Of a DNA stretch of 64,000 nt, positions 39,153-51,344 are shown piece after piece. Below the pieces are notes generated by a model. That model saw only the letters and a program-made list of their open reading frames with translations. It had not been told where the DNA came from and made no database searches. Positions within the stretch are counted from its first letter, which is position 1, and every line of letters starts with the position of its first letter. The DNA comes from Octopus sinensis. Its lineage: Eukaryota. Made by a program: the position numbers and the translations under genes. The DNA lies in contig NC_042997.1 in assembly GCF_006345805.1 (NCBI RefSeq), positions 64,914,001 through 64,978,000 on the forward strand, read 5' to 3'.

Positions 39153-42100
39153 TATATATATATATATTAATTATTCTCTTTTTGATTTATCTCTAAAGTC
39201 TAAAGCTATGTACATATAGTTATAATTTATATAAGTTAATTATATTATTAATGACAGAGCCGACAACATTCAACGGGATCATAGGCTGATTTTGTTCTTC
39301 ATTCAGGCTTAACACAGTGATGACCTATGGATTAGTTGGGCTACAATATAAAGCTACACTCTTGTTTCCTTGGTGTTTAGTTGAGGAAGTGCCAATCAAT
39401 TGAATTACTGTCTTTTTATGTAATACAATGATATGTTTTTAAAGTTGGATGTGATGGTTAATAGTTTTTTACATTCCGTGATGTTTCTCCTATACAGAAA
39501 TATGATTTGGTAAATGCTGCCCTATCTCCATTCGTTTGAGTCAGATTTTTATACAACTGGAGTACGTAGGGAATACTTATACGATTAGAACTGGATAATG
39601 ACGCGATGTTATATGTATGATACCATCTGCTTTTAAAGCTGCAGTTCCTTGTAGGTTATTTCAAAGCGTATATATAACGTTATAATGTATTGTTATGGGT
39701 TTAAAAGAATGGATAATCATAAATACACTGACTGATATACTGCAAATTTTGACGCCTTTGCTTTTATATACTATATTGCCTTGACAATCTAAAGAATAAA
39801 TTCTGAAAGCCAGAATTGTCTGTTCTTTGCAACAGGAGTGTCGAATACTTTGTATATAGAACGTTAGCGAAAAATGGCGTCAAAAACCAGAGCTCATGTA
39901 GAGATCAGAGAGGATCGTATATATACTTTTATTTTATTGAAACCAACATGTACATTTGATAGGGGATAAATGAGTATTTCAATGTTTGAACCTAATGCTA
40001 CCATTTACTGTCGTAGATAAAATACACAGGTACAGTCATGCATTGCTTGATGGATTTATTCATATTCTTAATTATTGTTGTCATTTTGGAGACGGGTAAA
40101 TAATGAGAGTTTGAAAACACATTTTAATCGTCATAATTATAGGGATGGTACATTAATGAATATATGTCCTGGATTCTAGACAAGAAGGTTCTTTGCATGC
40201 GTACAAATATACTAGTCTATAATATATTAAAAATGAGCTTCAATCTAGCAGGAAAAACAGGAGACGTCATGAATCGGATGCTAGTGTGAATACAAATGTA
40301 ATTAAACAAGTTTTGCGCAAATCGGTCAGAGATACGCGCTTTTTCGAGTACCTTTATAAAGAGCTATACCGGCGTATAATGGGGAAAATGCTTTGAATGC
40401 TAGGTAAATGTAAATACACACAGAATAATAATTTTTCCTAGACCGGACCAGGGATTCTCGACATACGCGTTTTTTCGGGTAACCTGAAATTTTGATGAAA
40501 GAACGGGTCACGAGTAGTCTGGTATTATAATAAAAATGAACTTCAACCTTGCTTGCTTGCAATGTTACACAGCCAAACTGTTGCATAATGTGAAAATACT
40601 ATATATTAGGTATCCCCTTAAATATATAAACGGAATAAAAAAAAGTTCGCGTAAATCGGACAGCTGAATCTTGAGATATTGCAGTGTTTGGGGGTATAAA
40701 TACCCAAAACGGTGCATCATGACAAAATACTGTGAAAATAACTTAACCACGAGGGTGAAAAAACTCTAATCATTCGATTAGAAACATTATGATTTTAATT
40801 TGCCAACGAGACATTACGAGTTCTTTTTACAGTAAATGGCTCTATTTTCGCTTTTCTTAAAGAATATGTTAATCATTTAGAAATATTTTTAATTGAATGT
40901 GATTTCAAAAGTGTAAGTAGATAGTACAGTAGGTATGTATATTTTAGCTTCCTTTAAAGTGTGAATATTAACATTTAAAAAAAAAACATTTTCAAGTCAC
41001 TACCATTAAAAATTTTCTTTTGAAAACTTTAAAAATATTTTAAAGTGAAAATGACTCTAAAAATACGGTAAATAGTTCGTAAATGGTCCCGTTCGTAACC
41101 TTAGTGTGAAATATCTTTTTCCATAGGTTTTTTCTGAGTGCATTCAAGGGATCTCACCGCCAAAGATTTGGTTGCTATTTCTAGTACGCCCTGCTACCAA
41201 GAAACAACTATTTTTGATAAAGGACCCAAAAGTGTTGATACGTGGTAGAAGGATGTGCAAGAATTAGCAGCTAAATCTTTCCTTTTCTAGAGAAAGGAGC
41301 CGTTTACGCGTGATTTCTATGTCATATTGAATGCTTGCGAAATAACATGGTAATATTTTTATAATCCCACGGAACGAAACTCCGTTATTGGGAATCTCAA
41401 AGTTACCCAGGAAACACCGAATTCCTCCACAAACCTTCCCCCTTTCTTTTCCGGAAGAAAATGGCTTGCACTGGATCTGGAGGTGAAATACGTTAAATGC
41501 ACTCGAAAACATCTGTGGTAAAAATTATTTCACAACGAAATATAAACGGGTTCTTTATGAAATATTTACCCAAGATCGGGACATTGGATCAGAATAAAAG
41601 GATCGACGGGACTGATAAAGCAAGTACTGAGCATCTGGCGGAACAGAGTGAAAGAGACAAAACCAGGTGGCGCCATGAATCGGATACAAACGGAATAAAA
41701 CCTGTTTCGCGTAAATCGGACCACGGGTTACCGAGATTCGCGGTTTTCCAGATACCTTGAAATATTGGTTACCTAATGTCTCACAGATCGTTTCGTATCT
41801 TATAATGTTGAGAAAGTTGGTACGCTTTCTGTCATATATTTGAGGTACTAGAAACAAAAAAATGATATAGTTTTAGTTAGTGTTCTCTTCTAGTAATAAC
41901 AATTTTATGATTTAGGTAATCCAGTTCTCCTACATTTAAAATTTAATATACATTTGTTCTGTCAATTTACGAAGAGTGCTAATTTGCATTAGATTCTATA
42001 TCGTATTCGTGAAAATGTTTTAAAATATCGCTTCAGTTCTGTAAGTCCTTCGCTCCTGACCAGCTAAAGTTAAACCAATGATATATACTCTAAAGGAAAT

Positions 42101-42187
42101 AGTATAATCAGCATTTCAACTTGTAAAAACCAAGCTACACACAGAGAGTCAACATATTGTTGCCTAAAAAAGACAATAATCCAATTA

Positions 42188-43259
42188 TATTTATGCAATT
42201 TTAGATTTGTGAGTGGTTAGAACAGCGTGGCCTATGATTAGAAGATAATTCCGAAAAAGAGAGTCTCTGATGCAGAGGTCACACCTGTCAGTTGCCATTC
42301 TATTATTTACTTTACGCTGCTCATTTGTGCGATCAGCATGTCTTCTGCCGTGAACATTAGCTTCTTTCTCCCGTTTTGAAGTATCATTTTAATTTAATCC
42401 TGTCCTAGGAACCCATGATTCTGTATTGATATTGGCGGTGATTAGGACTTCCATATACCATTTTTAGACGCATTTGTGGCGCGATTAGGTATAGCTATTA
42501 AATCATTTCACAGATGGATATATTACGTAAAAGATATAATTTTATATGCGGCTACTGCCCATACCATGGATGTGATCCACCCAGCGTTGTCTTCACTACA
42601 TGAACAAAATGGACTACACACTATGTAGCCCAGCTATAGCAGAATCGCTGCAAGGGATATTGTCATACTTGCATTTGCTCAAAATACAGTAGGTGCATGT
42701 CACCCTAATGCACGATGACATAAGCCTCACAGAACACCTTCCTGAGGTCAATAAAAGTGGAGAAAGAGAAGATATTTGTTCTGTTCTCAGCACTTGCTCT
42801 GAAACTGGTGAAGGAACACAGTCACAAAAGCCTCGCTATCACTGAGTAAAACCCACTGCCAGAGTCTGCAATGGTTTTTCCTGATTGCTGAAACAAAGGC
42901 TTTTTAAATGATGTACACGAGGGAGATACCTCTGTAGCTGGAGTTTTCTTGAAGCTAAATTATCAATAACCATACCGAACATTTGTAAAAGTGACAGCGT
43001 GCCCAGTACCTTCGTGGATATCAGACACTTATGTTTCCGTAGATAAGGTTGGCATGAATATCACTTTGGATATATATCTGAGTAGTACTCTGTCTAACCC
43101 TGCAGCTTATGCATTTATCTGTCTTTACTTTGAGACAGGAAGTGAATGTGGCAGGTTCTCTCGTTCTGATCTAGTTCAAGTAACCTCTTGATGCCCTCGT
43201 AAGTTCCTTCAATGTTATTATAGCGATGATCGCAATCTCCTATATACTAATCCCATTAC
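42188..43259 (-). mobile_element. Degenerate, internally deleted RTE-clade LINE flanked by a 122-bp direct repeat
   Basis: Minus-strand relics SYRGISL, FIDLRKVF, RWVDHIHGM and CDLCIRD. Flanks 42066-42187 and 43260-43381 are identical except for one base seen. Confidence 0.75.
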
Positions 43260-43725
43260 AAAGTTAAAGCAATGATATATACTCTAAAGGAAATAGTATA
43301 ATCAGCATTTCAACTTGTAAAAACCAAGCTACACACAGAGAGTCAACATATTGTTGCCTAAAAAAGACAATAATCCAATTAGTAATGAATGTTTTTTGGC
43401 TCATTCAGCACGAAGCATATGTACGGTGTTCTCGGCGATGTGGATTCTAGAAGACAAAACTTCGATACTGAAAACTGTTTGGTTGGAATACGTCATGTTT
43501 GCTCTACCAACACACCAGTCTTGTCTAGGTGGATATTAATAATGTCTTGATTGAATGGTAAATAAAATTTACGAAATGGAAATAGAAAAAGTGCCTCATT
43601 TACTAGTTTGGAAAACAATAACACGTAATTATGGCTTATTGTGTGTAATTACACCTAATGTATATTTGCATGAAGTGGATATACATGTGTGTGTGTGTGT
43701 GTGTGTGTTATGTATGTACGTATTA

Positions 43726-43780
<55 letters not shown>

Positions 43781-46309
43781 GAGTGTGTGTGTGTGTGTGT
43801 GTACCTAAATACATGCATATACAGAAATTGCTTTCACACAGAAGTCCTGTGTAAGTATGATTTTACAGAAAGGAACACAGTCGATGTGGCAACATAGCTT
43901 AGGAAAATAAATTAAAATCTATATTGTATTACAAAGGAAATTTAAGTTAAATATGTCTATTGTATATTATAATATATGCGTGTATACATACATGCGCATA
44001 AATTTATGTTGATGTATATACATATCAACACATGTATGTGTGTGTGTGTGTGTATGTGTTTTCCTGTGATTCAATGTGTATGTATGAGTGTATCGCTCTG
44101 TATGTACGCTAAAATGCCCGTGCAAGAGCATATGTATATTTCTAAGTTTAGTGGTGAAACTTTCCTTCATGCATAATTCATACAAGGCATAAAAGCATAA
44201 CTGTTTCTTTGTTTTAACATATTTTTTCCTTCTTTTACAGTTCCTCATATTATCTTATTACTTTATTTGATGCCATATTACACTTAGAAGTATTTTTCTT
44301 TCCGAACTCTGATTCAATATATCTAGATTAAATGTCCAAACAGACATGGCTGGTCGAATATTAGATTTGGTATGTTTATATTCTATTACTTAACTTATTG
44401 ACTATTGACATTTGAAAAGTATGTTGGGAATGCGTGAGTATCATCAATGTGAAACTTTTCTGGCATACCTTTATGTTTTATTGAATATAAAGTTTGATTG
44501 AATATATCGTTATACTAAAAGGGTCGTCTTAGAAATATCAATACATGTTTACAGTTTTTTTATATATTTGTTACTTATGAGTTACTAATAAATACATTAC
44601 AATACCACTTTGTAGAATTATATATATAGAGAGAGTGAGGAAAATTTCGGGCTTAGGTCATTGTCTTCCGCGATCTTTACAAGCGTGTATATTTGCGTTT
44701 CAAGTAAAATATCACAAAACTGAGTTAATTTTTTTTTGTACGCTGGTTATGATTCTATTTTTCTTGATTTTGTCTTCAATCTTGTTGATAAATAATTCTT
44801 CTACGTTTTACCAGAACCACGAACATGAATCCGTATTTTTTTCTGACACTCCTTGTCCTGTTTTTCAATGCACACCAACTTTATTCGAAAACCTGGGATG
44901 CGTGCGTAATAGCAACTATCATCATCATATAGTAATACAATGTAATCACACAGGAGCATTATCAATAAAACATTGATAGAGAACAGTGAAAACTGTTGAG
45001 TGAATACAGGACTGAGGCTGACTTTCATGTCTCTGGGTTTGATGGAAGAAGAACCACTTAAGTATCGAAAATGACTCGATCAAAGTAGCTCAGCAAATAA
45101 TGATACGAGGACTTGTGTCTATGCAAAATCTTCTTATTGGTAAAATTTAAGCATAAAGTTTCAGGTATTGAATAACGAAGAATGCATACGAGATCCATAA
45201 TCATCTGAGCAACATTAGAAGTATAAAAGACAACAAAACCATATTTGTATGCGAAACAAAATCTATTTAGATTTAGATTAATTGCAAACCATAAAAGAGC
45301 GTTATAAAGTGAAAGATCTGAATAAATTTTGCTATGATTTTTTCCCGTTTTCGTTACCCCGAAGAAACATATGGCTTATTCGTTGAGATACATGAATGGG
45401 TGATAATTCCAACCTTCATTTCATTCATATTGATGACGAAGTTGTATTCAATAGATGGAAAATATAATACAGCATTAATAATAGAATGTCTCAATAAAGC
45501 AATTCCTGAGTGATCACAAAAAGGAATTCACGCTTAAAATGATTTGTAAATTTATTCTGAATCCATCGAAATTACACATTACACATACAATAACTATGAG
45601 CGAATGTTTCTGCCAGGATATGAATAGAAAACGGGTAAGATATCAGGAAATAATATCTTCCAATTCCTTCTAGTAAATGATGCTTCGGAATGAGATTTTA
45701 AATGCCAAAAAATTTCAAAGACAAGACAGATATATAAATGAGTACTTGTATACATATACGTATAAGTATGTGTGTTCAGATATCTCTATTTGTGTGTGTG
45801 TGCATTTTGCCACCAATTACTACACACAAACATTTTACAATGTTCTTTCCCTCACACTTTCTCCCTCCCTCCAGCTTTCAGTGACCCTCCTCTCTAACAT
45901 TTATGCGAGGTCAAATCACGATATATTTCCTGGCTTTCTATTCTCTGTATATATTTTTTTCTCTTTAAGTCTCTGTATTTCTGTCCTTTTTAATCGGTGT
46001 ACCTCTTACGCTACATCTCCCTGTGTGTGTTATAGTACAATTTTCTTTCGAAGACTTATATTACTTACTCTGAATACCCCCTACATTTCTCTTTATAGCT
46101 ACATTTACTTCTCCCTAATTGTGCTTCTTTACTTCAATCTTCTTATCATCGCTACTTTCTTACCTCTTTCTCTGCCTTTTCTACCACTGATATGGTCTTG
46201 AAAATCGTTATGTGTATAGCACTTTGGGCATACACATTTACTATGACATGCATCTCGTTATATTTCCCAGATTTTTGGGCCTTCATAATCAGAAAGCTCT
46301 TTCACATTG

Positions 46310-46500
46310 TTTACGTCGTTAGCACGCCGGAAAACGTGCTCAGAGGTATTTCATCCATTTTTGTGTTCTGTGTTCAAATTCCACCGAAGTTGACTTTGCC
46401 CTACATCCTTTCGGAGTCAAGAAAATAAGTAACAGTCGAGCGCTGGCGTTGATGTACACGACAGATCTTTGCTTCACAAACTTTGCCTATATTAGAAAGA
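46310..46500 (+). mobile_element. SINE
   Basis: CGTCGTTAGCACGCCGG...GTTCAAATTCCACCGAAGTTGACTTTGCCC...CCTTTCGGAGTC contains a B-box-like GTTCAAAT. Confidence 0.7.
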
Positions 46501-47994
46501 ATTATCATCATCATCATCATTATTATTTTTAGCCTAGTTATTTTTGTTGATGTTGTTGTTGTTAATATTTAATCTATTAAATGCTAAATTAAGTAGCAGG
46601 GATATTGTCTTGTCTCGATGTCTGGTAACATCGAAACTCTCTCCTAAGGTTCTTGCTGAATATAGGATTGCAGATTTTTTTTTTTATGTTGACAATACAA
46701 ATCTTAATTCAAATTTCCTCAGTTGATGCACTAGAAAAAATGCTGTAATTCTGTCGTTTTCAACAACATTTACTCTCTCCTGCAAAATTAGTTAAAACAC
46801 ATCGAATCATATCCTATATAACAAATAGTATATGAGCCAGTGACACAATTCTAAAGAAACAAAGAGAAAAATATATAATTATTATTATGCTGATATCCGG
46901 CTGTAACATACTTCATTGATACAACGTCTGTTAAATGAACATAACTAATTGAACTGGTGACCTGAATAAAGTTTCAAGATAATTTCAACGATAGCGAACT
47001 AAGGCCATAAAAATAACTCATTTTCGTTAGTGCTGAATATAATTAATACAATTCTGTTAATTTTATTTTAATATTGTTAATTAAAATACAGTGTAACTTT
47101 ATTTCATTGATCATTGTTTCGAAAATTTTCATTTTTTCCAGATAAATAGAAGCATGTTGTTTTACGCCTGATGGTCTTTGAGATATTTTATATTGATATG
47201 AACGTTTGTGCCTTTGGAAATTGTCGACATTTTCAATGCAATTCTGTGCCAGTTTGGCTGTTATCTTAAGTTGTTCAACATAATCATGAGAAAAACGGTT
47301 ACTAGCTGTAGTTATATTGCAATAAAAATTGTTCCGTAATTAACATAATAATACATTTTAAGACATTTAAGGGAAGCGAAAATGCTCTATTGTACTTTTA
47401 GATTGATTATTGTTCTTTACATTCTAATATTTTACCGTTAGTCTCTTTACATGGAATTTATAGAAAGAGGCTTAGATCTTTCTAGATCTTTCAAGATATT
47501 GTAATCCAATAAATACATTAACTAGTGCATCTGAAGCTCCTGTGAACATCTAAAATTCCATACATTTATGCATATAAAGTCCAATATTGACAGCTTGAAC
47601 CAATAAATATACAAATATTCTAATAATCACGTTTTGATGATGTGATGTTAAATAAATATCGAATTGACAGTCGGTTTTATTTTATTGTTTCCCAGTGAAA
47701 GTGACAATTACAAGATTAATTGACAGATTTTCGCTTTTGGGAAGAATTATATATGCTACAGACTTTTCTTTCACCAGTAATCTTATACAAAAAATACATT
47801 AAATAGAATCTTTAAAAAGCTAAAGAAAGAGCCACAGAATATATTTTGGAAATTAATTTTGACAGTTAAGCTTTGGTGTTATGCAGTGCAGTATGACATT
47901 TGATGTGAGAAAATGGTAATCCTTGGAACAAAATTATTAAATGCGCTTTGATCAACATTCCCGGAAAGAATAACATCATCCAGAATATCATAAA

Positions 47995-48909
47995 TCTATA
48001 TAATAATATGCTTGTTCGTTCACCCGTCATACTTCAGTTAGTAAGGGAGGTAGAGTGAGTGAGAGGCGTAGTAAGTGAGAGGTGGAGTAATTGGGAGAGA
48101 TGAGGAGGAGTGTGACTAGAGAAGTAGAGAAAGGTGTATAATAAGGCCAGTTGCATCACGCGGTTAGTTGAAGGGGGGGGGGCAAAGTTCGAGAGAAAAA
48201 GACGGTGAGAGAAACGAGGGAGTGAGAAATGTTAATGACGTGCCGTAGGGTGTAGAGGGAAAAATAAAGAGAAAGCGATATGCTTAGGATACAGTATTTA
48301 GCAGATGGTGAGGTTCTGGAGGTGATGTTAAAGAAAGGCAGATAGAGAGAGAGACGGAGAGGGGAGGGGAGGCTGTTACATTAAGAGATAGAGAAAAAGA
48401 TGGGCAGAGAAGGTAGTTACATAAAGAGAGATAGAGAGAGATAGTGTTTGTATTGTCAGTAAGGAAATGAAATGAGCTTTGTTAATGAAAATTCTATTAA
48501 TGATGATGTGGTGAGGGGTTGTTGCTCGTGAAAAAAATCTTTTATTTAACCAGATCTTTAATATTATTCTTCTACCTGTTCGTTCACACTTTACGCTTTA
48601 GTTTGTTAGAGAGGAGATGGAGTGAAGGAGAGGAAGAGGGAATGTGAGAGTGAATGAGAGAGCAGATAACCAGCCAATGCATTATGCTGTCGGTCATGTG
48701 GTTAGTGAAAGTGAGAGGGGAAGAAAAAGAGAGAAACGTTAAAGCCATGAAGAGAGGATAAAATGTTAGCAGAGGGAAATTTGAAAATCATATAATGTAT
48801 TATTATGACTTTGCAAGACAAAAATTTAAAAAATGCAAACCATCCTCTCTTTCTTAAATAGCTTCTCTTAATATTTTTCATTCTGCGGGATTTCCACGGA
48901 TCCCACTAG
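47995..48909 (+). mobile_element. Non-autonomous Helitron
   Basis: A|TCTATATAATAATATG start, and a 3' hairpin GGGAT-TTCCACGG-ATCCC followed by ACTAG|T. Purine-rich interior with an internal duplication (TGTTCGTTCAC at about 48013 and 48577). Confidence 0.75.
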
Positions 48910-49198
48910 TACGATTTTAATTGCCCAATATATATTTTACTTTTAATTTGTTTTTGTCTTACGAGAGAGAATTTGGAAATATTAAATTTCTAAATCCCTC
49001 ATAGAGATATGTACGGTGGTGGGGCGATAGAATGGTTGTATACTGTCAATCTAACGTGAACGTGACAGTAGGGGGTTACACCACCGCTGTTTAGCCCTAG
49101 GAAGCATCGACGCTTCCTGCTGGCTTCGACACATTTTTCCTGTGTCCTTATATACATTTACGAAGGGGAGACAAACACCCTCAGCAGCCAGGCCTGCA

Positions 49199-49245
49199 TC
49201 TAGAGACACGCATGTTTCAGGATCATTGTCCATCATCGGTCAAGA
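49199..49245 (-). ncRNA. Minimal type I hammerhead ribozyme (left retrozyme arm)
   Basis: Minus strand reads TCTTGA-CCGATGA-TGGACAATGATCCT-GAAAC-ATGCGT-GTC-TCTAGA. Confidence 0.65.
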
Positions 49246-49272
49246 GTAGCAGACGCCCGCCAGCTGTTGATA

Positions 49273-50905
49273 AATCTTTATTATAGGCACAATGGCCCGA
49301 ATACAGAGCGGACATATCAATACAGGTACATATAATAAAAAAAATACAAAAAGGATGGTATGACAATGAATTATTTATAATGAATTAATGAAATGTCTTA
49401 CGGGTTCCCCAAGCTCGCAGTTTCATTTAAATTACCATTGTGTTATTCAGAGCGTTCATCTGTTATGTATTCGAGTACTTCCTCCTGCTCTATAATCCCT
49501 GGCAAACTCTCGTACCGAACGTATTGCATTATGCTTATACCTTTGCTCAGTTTCATCACTGTCTCTCTTTCCACAATCGCCGCCTTCACCTGATCATCAA
49601 ACATTTTCGGATTTAATTTCACTCTGGTTAAATTTTTTATGTTTGCCAACTTCTTCTCAATTTCCTTGTCCTTCCTTGTCCTACCGCTTTCAGATTTCTT
49701 CCTTTTGGTCTATTTCCTTCCTTACATATTCTCAGCCAATCTTCCACTTTACTTTCCCATTCTTTCTCCTCCTGCCGCCTTGAAACTTCACTGGCTTTCG
49801 TTTCAGTATCTTCCTCTTCGTGCGTTCGAACCTCTATCTCGTCGGTAGTCTTCTTTTTTGTTTTTTTCTTTTTTTTGTTGTACTTTAGGTAGTGATTCCA
49901 CCCGCGTTCTCTTTCTATCTTCTTTTCCTTCTGTTCTTTCCTTTTCTTCCTCCTTCACCAACTCGTCACCACTTTCCACATTATCTGTATTCACACTTTC
50001 TTCTTCTACATCCGCCATTTGCAATTCCTCTGTCAGAGCCTCCAATGTTATCATCTCCTCTTGTACTTTTTTTTGCGGACACACATCCTTCATGTGGCCT
50101 CTAATCTTACATCTGTAGCACACTGGGGGTCTCCCCTCTACCACGACTCTGAGCCGTGTCTCGTCGGGGAACACCAACTCTTCTGGGATGTTATACATGT
50201 CTGGCATGGTTATGTGTACCAAAGCCTGTACTGCATAACCCCACCACTTTACTTCCTTTGACCTTTCTATCTTCAATATCTCGACATTCTCCTTGCAGTT
50301 AAATATTGTTGCTGCTATAATTCTCTCCATTTTCAATTCTGGTGAAATTTTGCTGCTTCTTATTCTCACCGCTCGTTTTCCACAATAGCTAGGTAGTAGT
50401 ACCCATTTTTCATTTTTCAGTATTTTCGTAGCGTTCTTCTTTGCTTCAGCTTCGTTCTCAAAATGAACTACCACCGTCGCGTACTTTCTACCTCTATTAT
50501 AGAAGGTAGCGTTTTCTTCAATCTCCTGCAAACACCTCTCGATTTCCTCCACATCTGCCACTTCTATTTTCTTCGAAGCCACGCTCCACGTTCTATATGC
50601 CACAATACGCCTCTCTGCCTCCTTCACTTCGTCTTCTGGTAGTGTGACTCTCAGGCAGTCACCCTCCTTCTTGAAACTGTTGAAGTATTCCTTCAGGCTC
50701 TCCTTCTCGACGACCACTTCCTCCAACTGCAGCTCGCTCGCAGCCAGACCCTTGCCTGCCGCTCCTGCATAAGTTTGGGTTTGCATATTCGAAAAAAAAT
50801 TTCCACAATTCACCACGCCGTAACAGCTTCCACCAACGAACTCGAACTCAGAACCGCGACACACAATAAACGTAATCCAAAATATCCGACATAAACAGAA
50901 AAAAA
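49273..50905 (-). mobile_element. ORF1-only (HAL1-like) Tx1/L1-type non-LTR element with a 15-bp TSD
   Basis: CGCCAGCTGTTGATA occurs at 49258-49272 and 50906-50920. The uninterrupted target is visible in the right arm (51271-51285, reverse complement). Contains a CCHC ORF1, no RT, and a 3' AATAAA. Confidence 0.8.
49803..50786 (-). CDS. Gag-like/ORF1 nucleic-acid-binding protein with a CCHC zinc knuckle (frameshifted continuation to 49443)
   Basis: Open frame from MQTQTYAGAA, containing VVVEGRPPVCYRCKIRGHMKDVC (CX2CX4HX4C preceded by G.P, typical of Tx1/L1 ORF1). A charged C-terminus continues in shifted frames to ...ITDERSE*. Confidence 0.8.
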   Translation of the reverse strand: MQTQTYAGAAGKGLAASELQLEEVVVEKESLKEYFNSFKKEGDCLRVTLPEDEVKEAERRIVAYRTWSVASKKIEVADVEEIERCLQEIEENATFYNRGRKYATVVVHFENEAEAKKNATKILKNEKWVLLPSYCGKRAVRIRSSKISPELKMERIIAATIFNCKENVEILKIERSKEVKWWGYAVQALVHITMPDMYNIPEELVFPDETRLRVVVEGRPPVCYRCKIRGHMKDVCPQKKVQEEMITLEALTEELQMADVEEESVNTDNVESGDELVKEEEKERTEGKEDRKRTRVESLPKVQQKKEKNKKEDYRRDRGSNARRGRY

Positions 50906-51297
50906 CGCCAGCTGTTGATATCTGTCCCGATTCGCAAATGTAAATATCTAATTTTCAGTGAAGTTTATTCACTGATTACCAAAATCAGAAATATTAAATT
51001 TCTAAATCTCTCATAGAGATATGTACGGTGTGGGGCGATAGAATGGTTGTATACTGTCAATCTAACGTGAACGTGACAGTAGGGCTAAACAGCGGTGGTG
51101 TAACCCCCTACTGTCACGTTCACGTTAGATTGACAGTATACAACCATTCTATCGCCCCACCGCCATACATATCTCTATGAGAGATTTAGAAATTTAATAT
51201 TTCTGATTTTGGTAATCAGTGAATAAACTTCACTGAAAATTAGGTATTTACATTTGCGAATCGGGACAGATATCAACAGCTGGCGTGCGTCTGCTAC

Positions 51298-51344
51298 TCT
51301 AGACCGATGATGGACACTGATCCTGAAACATGCGCGTCTCTAGA
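51298..51344 (+). ncRNA. Minimal type I hammerhead ribozyme (right retrozyme arm)
   Basis: TCTAGA-CCGATGA-T-GGA-CACTGA-TCC-T-GAAAC-ATGCGC-GTC-TCTAGA: 6-bp stem I, GUC cleavage triplet, quasi-palindromic stem III. Confidence 0.72.

Noticed and set aside
45677-46428. Hydrophobic 174-aa and 78-aa ORFs as a membrane protein
   Set aside because: Pyrimidine-rich low-complexity DNA that partly overlaps a SINE, with no recognisable motif.
48975-51084. LTR retrotransposon reading (repeat-gag-repeat)
   Set aside because: The 15-bp TSD and the uninterrupted target in the right arm show that the gag-like element is a nested insertion. There are no TG...CA termini and no PBS/PPT.
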